Position numbers and translations under genes: made by a program. The notes beneath the pieces are model-generated. The model was not told the DNA's origin. It searched no databases and saw nothing but the letters and a program-made list of their open reading frames with translations. A stretch of DNA of 63,760 nt, counting the filler, from Choristocarpus tenellus KU-1152 (lineage: Eukaryota > Protista > Phaeophyceae), in assembly GCA_964200185.2 (NCBI GenBank). It is 10 parts of 10 records of this genome, joined end to end, with 100 filler letters (N's around TTAATTAATTAA, not from the genome) between each part and the next. Parts side by side here need not be neighbours in the genome. Positions count along the whole stretch, not along the records: positions 22,865 to 36,455 come from CAXNAD020001440.1; positions 36,556 to 39,193 come from CAXNAD020026060.1; 8 more parts are not named here. One strand, given 5' to 3'. Every line of letters begins with the position of its first letter. Within the stretch, counting starts at the first letter, position 1. Of this stretch, positions 25,839 through 36,984 are shown in pieces.

Positions 25839-26491
25839 GTACCATTGTCCTCTCTGTCTTCGTTGGAGTTGACTCCAAGAACGAGACACACATCCTTGCT
25901 CACTGTTGTATCAAATGAGCAGATAGCTCCTTCAAGCTTGCTCTGTAGCACTTCAAGGCAGCGTATGAGGGCTCACAATCTGAGGGAAGTGCCTGTAGCC
26001 TCACGGTGATGGGATGGAGGCAATTATTTGAGGTGGATGAGGGCAGGCGGGTGAGCAGGTAGAGGAAAGCACCACATACCTCAAACCAATTGTCCATCTG
26101 GGGTTGAAACAAATCTCTGTGGGTGGAGAAGAGTGATTCAGAGTGAAGAGGCCTGGACTTGCGGGGTGGCTTCAACCTAGTATGATAGGGTAGACCCACT
26201 CTGGAGGTAGATTCCAGCTTGACACCTGTGAGTTATTATTATTGTGAAATCTCTCGGGATTCCTGATTTGATACACTGCGGTTTTTCTGATATGGTATAT
26301 CTTTCTTTACTCTATGTTAAATGCAGGTCTTCATCACAGGTGATGATGCAGCCATAAACAGCGCAATGGAAGATAAGGTACTAGAGATATCCATTTATTC
26401 TGTGGCACACAATGTAGAACCTGAAGAAGAATTTCCAAGGGACTCTCCGTGAGAACAAGGAACTGAACCACATGCTTCGATTGTTCAAGAG
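25839..26491 (+). pseudogene. MULE (Mutator-like) transposase pseudogene, two exon remnants
   Basis: From 25839: LSVFVGVDSKNETHILAH / VVSNEQ / SFKLAL*HFKAAY. From 26327: VFITGDDAAINSAM / HLFC / WHTM*NLKKNF. These are the MULE-domain motifs (FVGVD, TDxDxA, HxxCxWH) broken by frameshifts and stops. Confidence 0.75.
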
Positions 26492-26499
26492 GTGTGTGT

Positions 26500-28300
26500 T
26501 TGCCTAAAAATAGAAGACGTGATGCCCTTTTCTCTTGCTTCGTTTTAAAGGTATATTTTGCTTGATTTGTGTTTGATCTAGTTTGAGTGATCCTTGTCTC
26601 TTGTCGCCTCCACTACAAACGATCCTGCTATTGATGGTGTGAAGTATGTCAATCTGACTAGGATGTGAGGGATCGGATCGGGAGGATGGAAAGAGGCCCA
26701 TGGCCTTCGTAAACCTGTCGGAGCATGACCTCCCATTATCCACCTTACTCTATTTCCTTCTATCATCCCTGTACCTATTGATTCGAAAAAATATATATTG
26801 GGGGGAGGTCAACGCCATGAGACAAGTACTTGACCGTGGTAGATAGTTGAGATCATTTTTAAGAGCTTGTCCAACAGCACAACGCATGGTGGATCTCCTA
26901 TCTCAACCAGTACTCTCTCTACACGTTTCTATAAGTTGAACGACTCTTTCCAATATGCCGCCTTTCTCATTGTGCTTAGAGTGCACTTTTATCTCATCCA
27001 TGAAAAACACTTCATCAATGCAAGGGGAAGCTTCACGTAATAGGAAAGAGGTGCAACTTTGACTTGAAATCTCCGTTGTATCATATTTGCCTTGAACCGC
27101 AAACTCCAGGGGCGATGCTTTTACCCTAAAATAGTTGCATTGCGCATGACAACTTCATCACATTAGAAGGCACGTTCAAGGTGCTAGAGACTCGATTAGT
27201 TCATCAGACTACCTCAATAGTGGACCTGGCAGTGGGATTTTTGAGGCAGAAGAATTCAATGTATGACTAGTATGTACAAAAGTGTACACCTAAAGGAACT
27301 ATGTCACTAAATGTATACTGAAGGGGTGCCTGAGCCCTGATGTCCATCAGTATACCCCTATTTACAAGAACAAAACTATAATTCACTTCTTTCCCTTAAC
27401 TCACTTACTTCCACTGTGCATCCTCAGCACAGTTCATAGAGGGTGTGGCCTGCAACATAAGGTGTCAATGAGACTTCATGGTGAGAGCTGACAGTGTGAT
27501 AAAGGCTTACAGAGACATCCAGTCAAGCCCCTTCTGCATCAAGGCGGTTCGATTTTCCTTGGCATTAGAGTTGGTTATTGTGTCTACAGAAGATTCCTGG
27601 TCGATGGGGATCATTATTTCCTTTATCATACATCATCCTGCACTAACTCACAAGACTATTATCTCCGTGGGCTGCTGTTGTTTTCAGGAAGTCAAAGCAG
27701 AGATAGGTGCAAGTTTGACCTACGAGTCAAAAGCACTGACTCAAGGTAATATTGCTTCCTCTGTGTGCTTGACATCACAGGCAAGTTTGTGGATGATGTG
27801 CTGTGAAGCTCCAGGGGATGTAAACCGTGACTCTATTTTGTTACAGGAGATTGTTATATATATTATATGGAACCGTCATATAGAAATATTTTCTGAGACA
27901 CTTACCAACCAGATGTTCGTGAACATCAAACCAAAGTGGAACTCTGAACGGTGTGTGGCTTTTGGGTACACAATTAACTTCAGAAAACTTGACACAAGCG
28001 TAGGTAAGGGCTTAGGTGTATGGCAAACATGATAGTCACCTCTTCTCATTCAGAAAGGAGAAAAGTAACAGGATCACAATTCGGAATGGCATCTTTCTCC
28101 GTGCCATGTCACTTTGCTCCTCTTCGAACAGCATCCACCAATGCAGACCCAACTATGAGCGTGGGTGTCAATCATTATTCTGAGCTCCGATCGTTGCTAC
28201 ACATTATGTTTCAGGCTTGGGAGAGTCACCACTACAGAATGACTCAAATTGCAAGGGAATAGAGAGAGGAGAGATTAACCTTGGATATTGGTCCTGGCTG
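26500..28300 (-). pseudogene. Decayed gene of unknown family, copy 1 (boundaries approximate)
   Basis: Colinear similarity to 29100-31000 (anchors listed in findings); ORF-like fragments with many stops. Confidence 0.45.
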
Positions 28301-28720
28301 AACTCATAAGGGGTTATTTTGGCTATCGTGTTTGTTAGCAAGTGCCAATATCCTTGCTCCGGACACACCTTTCATAGTCGTACACATTTTAGATAACTGT
28401 GTTCACACACAGAAAACCGAAAAAGGGCATAAAAAACCTGTGGGAAGCCAACCCAGAATGGACAAACAGGACAAAACTCCTACCCTCTAAAATGCTTTGG
28501 GTCTGGTATAGCATGTCAGGACATACTCCTAAAAAAGATGCCCATACATCCTTGATGCCTTCTCAAGCAGTGTCTATTGCCTCCTTTGGACTACCTCTTG
28601 GATCACAGGTCTACTATGCCTTACACTATATTATCATCGAATGATATAATATGAACATAATATGTACTTTTTTCTATATTTTTTTCTCTAATATCATTGC
28701 ACAATATAATACATATATTT

Positions 28721-28778
28721 TATTATTATGCCCTCTGACATTTTGCAGATGTGTCAGGGGAAAACCAATGAAAACTAT
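28721..28778. repeat. Family H hairpin element, full-length (~57 bp)
   Basis: TATTATTATGCCCTCTGACATTTTGCAGATGTGTCAGGGGAAAACCAATGAAAACTAT, with a CTGACA/TGTCAG stem. Confidence 0.9.
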
Positions 28779-29099
28779 GCGTGGAAACCACTAATCAGTT
28801 ACTTAAGCACTATCAAATATTGTACGACTGTCGTCCTTGTCTTCCCATCTACCTATTCCTGTGCCTCTGGGGGGGAAGCTAAGGAAGCATCCTATACATA
28901 TATCGTAGTAGATGTAGAAGTTAGAAGTAGTTTTTTGTGTTCGTCATGCGTATTGCTTCTTTTTCGCCTTTGGATCACTTCAGATCAATGTGAAGAATAG
29001 TTATAATAGGGATTCTTCATCGCACACGAAATTCAGGGAATACTTGTAACATTAGTAGTATGAAGTAAATTGTACTATTTATATAACAAAGTGGAATAT

Positions 29100-31000
29100 A
29101 TTATGGAAGAAAGTATATATTTGTCGCTGTTTTGCTTTCTCTCTGACGCATCTCCAAATTGTCAAGACGTGTCGTGAGGCAGGGTCCAATCAATCGTGGG
29201 GGGTGTTCAGAATCACCAGTTTTGTCAGGGTGGGGTTGCTTCCAGCAAAATCACAAGTGTTCACAAAAACCATCAAATTTTGGAATGAAGTTTGAATTGA
29301 ACCTTGGATCCGTTGGGTGACATCATATCCTTGTGATTGTCGACGGCAAGCGGTCCAGGACTTCTCAGGACTTCTCTGGAAAGGATGTCGATGTGAACTG
29401 CATCTTACGTGTGCTCGTCGAAATGGATTGGACTGAGATGAGCTCCCAATGGAACCTGTCTGTCAAAGATGGCATAATAATTTATCATTTATCATTCGGA
29501 ACGGAAAGAGAGTAAAATAACAATTACTGTAGATACCGTCATTTTTGACAATGTTACTAAACTCGAGAGTCAGGGTCTGCTCCTCCTCCTCTATTGCGCA
29601 AGATAACAAGGCTAACCGACCAGCTGAATCCATCTCCCACTTGACATAGGTTCCGTCCTCAGTTTTTGGATCACCAATGACCTGCATTGCATCTTCTGGA
29701 CATGCCCACATTCTCCATTGTAACGAGCCGGTAACTTCGCGAAGTTGCACACGAAATAAATATTCTAGAGGATAGAGTCTGGGAGATATCCTCACAGCTT
29801 TATGCGGGCATAATGCTTTAGTAAACATCTCCACTTGACATCAGAGGCTGCAGTAAAAGTCCAACCACTTTGATTTATTCAAACTTTGTGACCCTTTCTG
29901 TCTCAAAAGGAGTGGTTTAAACTTGATAATACTTGCATAAAAATAGCCAACGTAGAAAGTTAGGTGAACCACACCAGTGTGAGTACTCTATCATTTGACC
30001 TGCCTGCAATATGCTTATCGATACTGACCCTGGTATGCGTTCTTGTTAATAGGTCCAATGGTTGGAAACGATTTTCCTTGTTCTGCATGGTATTCAACTC
30101 ACCGCATGTACGAATGCCAGACATGAACTGTTGAGTATCCCGTTCGCAAGGATAAACAATTTGAGGTCCACAAGACATTTGTCAGCCACAACCCCACAGC
30201 GCATGCACCAGAGAACAAAACAAACAGTAGCCGACCCCTTCTATCCGACATGAGCAAAAGCGGCCACTCAAATTTGCCCCCACTCATGCACGCAGATGGT
30301 GACAAAATTTCAAAACATATATGAAGATCTGTGAGGCCAAGGACAGAACTTGACGTTTCATAACCTAGAGACATGTTCACAAAATGCCAGGTTCGATGAA
30401 CTTCCATATATCAGGAGAGACATCTTCCAGGACTCCCATTTCAACTTCAAGGACACTCCAGATAAAAAATCGCAAGAGAAGGGCAGGTAAGGCAACATTT
30501 CCAACCATCTTGAGCCTTGTGGGAGGTGGATTCAATGCTCCACGTATCATTTTCTGCAAATTACCCAACGAGCATTTTACACAGGCCAGTTCCATGGTTA
30601 CCTGACGAAAACTACGGTCGGAGGATACGGCAATAGACATAAAATTTAGAAGTTCATGAGCATCGAATCAAACCGAAATAATGAAAGTTGTATGACACGG
30701 GACACCTCTAGCTTCAGCTAATTTCACAAAATTTAAAGGTATTACACATCCGACCGCTTGCTCACACTACATCTTTCGCAGGGCCGTGTCACTCTGCTCC
30801 TCTTCGGATGACCACCGCTAAAGCAATACATAAAGCTCACATGCTACAACAGCGGGTGTCATCATCATTTCAACCCCTGACGCCCACCACGCCCAGTGTC
30901 ATAAGTCAGACATGGTAGAGTCACGGTCGCAGGAGGGTTTAAATCGCAAGGAGGCTGGAGAGATGACACCTAGGTTGGCGAGGTAGGCTGATAGGGACGA
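29100..31000 (-). pseudogene. Decayed gene of unknown family, copy 2 (boundaries approximate)
   Basis: A chain of minus-strand ORF fragments (30377-30640, 29960-30178, 29463-29834) with protein-like composition, separated by stops and frameshifts. Paralogous to 26500-28300. Confidence 0.5.
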
Positions 31001-31762
31001 ACTTTCAGTAAGGTGTGCTGGAAAATATGTCCATACTTCTATTAATTATTTTCCCCCTCCCAACAATGTATGATACTACCTACTATGATGACTATGAGTG
31101 AAGTTCAAGAGACGAAGGTTCTAAAGGTAGGAAAGGATTTTAGGGGAAATGCATCCGATCTGGGGCTGTATATGTTAGTCAATGGGACTGACTATGCAGG
31201 ATACCATTTTTTGGTAGTAATGCAATAATAGCCATGCTTCCTAATCATACTCACGTTTCCCTTTACGTTGTATGATGCACAGTTTTTTCAGAAGGATAAG
31301 GTAGGAGATGGATACTTGTAGTTGGCGGAAAATAGGAATTTTCTCGACATGTATGTATATTCGATGGAAGGTTCAACAACGGTGAATAAGGGATAAGGAA
31401 TTGTCAATGTAAAGCCTTCAATGGTGATAATAACCAACACCAAGCACGTATTATTCGTTCCCAAGAAACCTCCACTGATATTTCATCAGTTAGTTCCTCC
31501 TAAGACCACAAAGGCGACAATTGCCCAAAGTCGTGAATGGAGGACGATAAATGAATTGCTGTGGCATCGAGTTTACTGTTCTTCAACTGAGCAAGTTTCA
31601 CACAGGCCGAAGGGGGTACGGGCCCATTGTTTTTTTGAGTTGATGATGGAAAGTTTCTTCAACCAAACAGTTGAAGTAAAGTGAAAGGACATTGGTGGAC
31701 AGTTGGTTTGTGTGGTACATGCGGAGATTCTGGGGAAACGAGCGCTGATATCGTGCAGAACT

Positions 31763-34700
31763 ATGGGTCCTGGAGTGGTTATTCTCGGGAACCAAATACC
31801 CTCCAGTATTGATGAAGGGCGAAGGCAGAGTATGCTCGACAGAGATTTCCCTGTCGGGAAGATGGAGTTCACAATTCCTGGAGAGATTCGGGTGAAGGTC
31901 CTCGAAGCTATGTGAGTGTTTCCTTGTCAAAAGCAAGAAGCACTGCGCGATTGATGAGTTCATTGTTTGATGTCCAAGATTTATGAACTTAGCCCAGGAT
32001 ATATTGGTTGAGTCAGGCACGTATCCGTTGGTGGTGTCAGGCAAAGTGGATACAGACAAGAGCAGGGCAGATCTCTGCACTTCCAATGCAAATGGCGCAA
32101 CGATTGTCCACACTCAGTGTCGATATACTTCCACTCCTCAGATGTCAAGATACCCTCAAGCCTGCATAGAGTCACTGTATTTGTGACTGAGTCACTATTG
32201 TCATTGACTCCTTAACGATCGCCCTTCCCCTTTACCTACTACCTTCTTTCCCCTGGCAGAGTCACATATTTGGAGAGCAAGAAGCCGCATTGGCAGAAGG
32301 CAAGGATCTTGCACCTGGCCACCCAGCTCGAGGAATCACTCTACAGACACGACCAGTCGCTGGTGCGAGGACTTCCAAAGCCGATTGTAGCATCTGCCAA
32401 CAAGATACAACCAAGCTCTTTAGCTAACATTTTGCCAACTTTAGTGGAGCTTGCTGTACTGACCTGTGGGTTCTAGTATTAACATGTCGACTCGAGGTAT
32501 TTCGCGCTGTGATCCCCTTTATGTAAGCAACATCTTAGACAATCGGCAACTGAACTAGGAAGGAGAGGGAGAATTGAGTGACGGCAAGGCATTTCCATCC
32601 ACTCATCTCGAAGTTTACCAGGTTTTGTGTGCTGCCTCTCCCTCTCATAGGTATCCTATGGAGATCTAGGGACTTTGAAGCAACGAGTGGACAAGCACTG
32701 CCTTCTCTTGGGAACTCGAAAATTCATGGAAAAACGTGGACTTCGATCCCTACAGCACAATTATGTGTCTTCAGAGGTGTGTGGCACGTTGTTGGAAGCA
32801 TGGGTGAGGGTAATGGCCTATGTCAGTATTGGGATAATTGTCGTACCGATCCAGGGCAGATTCCTTCCCCAGGTGGGAGTACTTTTTCTACAGGTTCCAG
32901 CGCAGGGGAGGACACCAGCGCCTGAGGATGGAGAGGGATCATCAGAATATAGTATAAAAAGAGGGAGATGAAAATCATATTCCTAATACTCGCATGCCTG
33001 ATATCCTTGTAAATGCAAATCGGTTCCATTTGTAGATCTTCTTATGTGGCAGCAGTTGTGGGCCGTAACCGCAGCTCTGAATCCCTGTCATTGCAGGTTC
33101 ATTCTTCCGGTTTGGGGTTGGGGTTAGGCGTCAGCAGCAATGGGACTGGGAAGGGTGGGGAGTCCAACGAGGCCTTAGTCGGAAACAAGGGATCTATGTT
33201 GCCCAATGATGAGATGGATGAACATGGTAAGGTCACGATGGCACATACCAATGCTACAGAAGTTGAGAAGGGGATAGTACATTCAGTGCCAGCGCCTGTG
33301 CCAGAGGAGTCTAGAAGGCAGTCCACTGCAGCGATGGTTTCTGGAGGATGCCGTGACAAGGTCGTGGTGGCGCCTGGATGTGACCCCCAGTTGAATGAGG
33401 TGCCCCTAGTTCCCAAAGTGAGGAGTTTGTTTGACGGTGTTTTGCCGGTAGAGCTTCGCCAACGAAAATGCCTTTTCCAACGTGGAGTAACAAATGGACA
33501 GAGTGGGGCAAAGCTCAAGGGTGTGACCATGGTATTGAATGAATTGGAGGAGGAATCTGGGCTTGAGGGGGAGGAGGAACAAACAAGAGGTTGCCGATCG
33601 AGTTCGTTGTCTTCAGGCTCATCAGAGGAATTCGACATCGACGATGAGGTGAACAATGGAAGGCGTTGTAAGACTACATGCTGTTGCAGAGTGATATGTC
33701 TGAAATTTCTAGTTTGGGTGGGGGTTTGGGTATGGGCTCGGGTTAGCAGTGTATCAAGAGAGTATCGGTTGTGGACAGGGTGAGGGCAGTTATGGTGCAC
33801 AGGTTGAATAGATTGCCCTAGTTGAGATGTTGGCCTATCGGCCATTTTATAAAATGTGCCTTGTCAAGGTGTAAGGCTCGACCTTCCCACAGATCAACCG
33901 TGGTCGAGAATGCATTGGTTGAAGTTCAATGTTGGTGGAGTTTTTCGTTCAGTTGGCTATGTGAGTGATGACCACAAGGAGGTGCTTGACATCGAGATGT
34001 CTTGAAGCTGGTTGTGTTGAGAAGTCTTAGCGCGACCTCGGGCACGGCCATCCGCCCCAATGCAAGTGATGCAACTGTCTATCGGCTTGGTTTTAGCTCT
34101 GGTGCAACATAGGTGATGTTGATACTGAAACCCCTTGGGAGGAGCTTCACGAGGACACCTGTTTATTTGACGTCAAATCGTTCACCCCCGTTGTTGAGGA
34201 TCTTGCAGGGACTTGCTGTTGTTAAATATGTTGTCTTCAGTACCTGGGTCATGTACTGTGTGGCCTCGATGCACACTCGTGGTGAATACTGCACAACATA
34301 ATGCGGCCATGAAACAATCTCTTGCTGCCCCTAGTTGATCTGTTTGGCTTGTGATAGCCTCATCTCTTTGCTCGTGTGTGTGTGTGTGTGTGTGTGTGTG
34401 AACAGGTCAGGGATCATGCTCTCCGCTTACTCCAGTGCAGACTGCTCCTGCTCCTGCATTCTAGTCGTTGCACGAAGAAGGAAGGCGTGTGCCAGGGGTT
34501 TGCCCTGTGCAAGGCGGTGCAAGGTCTACTGCGGCACATGTGTGACTGCAACAAAAGGTGTTGGATAGTGTAGTTTAGAGTTCAATTCCATAATGGATTG
34601 GATTATGATAGATTAATGATGGTGAGGATGTGGAGGGTTAGGGTTAGGTTTAGGGGAAGTTGCAGGGCAACGGCATCCTGTTGGCTCAGTGCAACATTGG

Positions 34701-36137
34701 GGGTATGCTATGGGTTTTGATGCTTTTCCTGGTGCGCTTCCTTAAATCTTGGTACTGCTGACAAGCATGACAAAAGGAGAGACACTGCCGTTGTAGTATT
34801 GACAAGAGTTGGAGGGATGATGAAGCACAGAAAGTGGTGCTGTAGGATGCCTTTGTTATGGGTGCAAGAGGATTATTCTGAGGGGTTTAGTATGTCTTTG
34901 CAAGGCGAACTCACATATCTGGATGTGTGTATGTGTTTTTGCTCATTTCCTATTCATTACAGGAATGTTTTTTTGTTTTTTTGCATTTGCTGTGCTGGTA
35001 TTGTTATAAGTATTGTGTTGTTGAAGCGCATCAACAGCAACGATTTACTGGTTCCCCCTCCCCCGCTTGATATCCTTCAGGCTGGAATGCACCTTCCCTC
35101 ACTGTGTTTCATCACGTATCATCTTGAGTCACCACCACTTGTGCAAGGAGCCCGCCTGTGGCCTTTGTGGCAGGGTCAAAGAGATGCAGCAGAATGGGGC
35201 ATGGGCACAAGCACAGGTGTGTTCTTTTTGTTGGCTGAGGATCAGCTTCAGAGGTCTTTTCTTGTCTTTGTTGGTGTTTGGAACTTTCCATGTAACTGCC
35301 GTTGTAGGAACCGTTTCGTGCCATAGCATTGTTTCGATTTTTTTGGTCCGTACTTGGAAGTACTCTGTTGAGTCTTGAAATTTTATGGTTGGCCTGAGAT
35401 TTGTGAGGGCTTTATTGTCGTACACAAAATGTCGATGGCTGTTGATGACTGTTGATGATTTTTGATGACTGTTGATAACTGTTGATGATTTTTGATGACT
35501 GTTGATGACAGTTGATGACTGTATTCGTAGATACACTGTGTCCACTTCATCCTTTTTTTATCATCAATGGGATATTTATTACATTATATTCTTTTTAGTT
35601 TTAGTTTTAGTTTTAGTTGTAGTGAATCGAGGAGGTGTTCTATCAGGGATGCTGCCTCGGTTGATAGCATTTCCTAGCTCTGCGTGAAATAGCGCAGACA
35701 TCATGTTGCACACCTGCCTCGAATTATTCCAGCAGGGCATGGATGTGTCTAACGTGGCAACTCTCTTCTTCTTCTGTTGCTTCACCTCTCCCATTCAACT
35801 GGTCAAAATCTACATGTTTGCAATTTGTACAAGAAGTAAAGCACAACAAAATCATGAACATCACGAGGACGGTCGTAATTGGACGCCAGTGCTTTCCTCT
35901 ACCCTCTATAGACAACCCTAACCCTAAACCCCCTAAACCCTACCCCTAAGTCACAGTCTACAACATGCCCCGCTCCCTCCTCACTTGCTGAGCTTTTTCC
36001 ACGGACCCCTCTTGCTATCTATACGGCGTGGGCAATGATCCTTCTTGTTTCAGATAGCTCACAAACAGCGGCTAAGGGAGAGTCAAGACCTCCGGCGCAG
36101 GAAGCGGCGGCTAGAGTCGCCCCAAAGTAGGCGACAG
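31763..36137 (+). CDS. KIX-like domain plus TAZ zinc-finger protein (resembles a CBP/p300 N-terminus); start uncertain, 3' end missing
   Basis: Exons 31763-31911, 32260-32362, 32651-32776, 33097-33648, 34406-34557, 35081-35216, 36054-36137 are all phase-compatible. KIX-like: EIRVKVLEAI|VTYLESKKPHWQKARILHLATQLEESLYRHDQSL|VSYGDLGTLKQRV. TAZ: RLLLLLHSSRC..VCQGFALCKAVQGLLRHMCDCNKR|LECTFPHCVSSRIILSHHHLCKEPACGLC. A basic NLS-like RRRKRR follows. Confidence 0.85.
35434..35521. repeat. Tandem repeat, ~30-bp period (GATGACTGTTGAT-based)
   Basis: About three copies read directly; intronic. Confidence 0.85.
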
Positions 36138-36455
36138 GTGAGATAATGTTCGCCGCGGGTGATAATGCCTTTTGACAATCTACTCGCTCTTGGAGGTTGC
36201 CTTCCTTTGGATTGACAGTGTCCTCTTTTGTGCAGTTGATTTTTTTTTTTTGCAGTGGTCAGTCTGGCGTCTCTCCTGCCATTGACCCGTTGACACAGGG
36301 TTGTAGTGAGTTGTTAGCGTTTGTGTGTGATGGGTTTGTTTGTATCAGTTGTTTGAGTTGGAAATTGAAAGTAGTAGTGCAATTGAAGACCTGGGAAGGT
36401 TTATGATGAATTTTTTTTATCTGGAACGGTACTCTCAGTCCCCCCCCCCCCCCCC

Positions 36456-36555
36456 NNNNNNNNNNNNNNNNNNNNNNNNNNNNNNNNNNNNNNNNNNNNT
36501 TAATTAATTAANNNNNNNNNNNNNNNNNNNNNNNNNNNNNNNNNNNNNNNNNNNN
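36456..36555. other. Artificial contig linker
   Basis: N44-TTAATTAATTAA-N44. Confidence 0.98.
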
Positions 36556-36984
36556 TTTGTTGGAGCGGGGGGGGGTGCGGGGGTGAGTGTGCGGCTTGTA
36601 TGTTCTGTATAGCACTGGAGAGATGAATTAACGTGATCTGCAATACAAATTGCATTGCTTTTGAGTATTGTTTAATCTCACCAAGCTTGAAAATATGTGT
36701 ACCCCCTGGTTTATGTTTTGTGTGTGTGTTTGCATAGTATCTAGTAGGTACGTATTACTTTCCCTTGTGTGTGCACATTTTTAGAGTTATCATTCATTAG
36801 TACTGATGCCCTCTTCAATACGTAAATTCAATCACCGAAATGCCTCAAGTTGAAAGCAATTCATTGAAATTGTAATATTCTGTAATCAGCACGCATACCA
36901 TTTGTACCACCATAGTAGATTCCTGCTGCGGTTTGATCAAGCCAGCGCAACCTTATCGGAACAAACCTCCCTCTGTCATTGCAG

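Noticed and set aside
31100-34600. Decayed LINE on the minus strand (ORFs 31598-32113 and 33099-33845)
   Set aside because: These are antisense shadows. The plus strand carries a clean phase-compatible KIX-TAZ gene, and no reverse-transcriptase motif was found.
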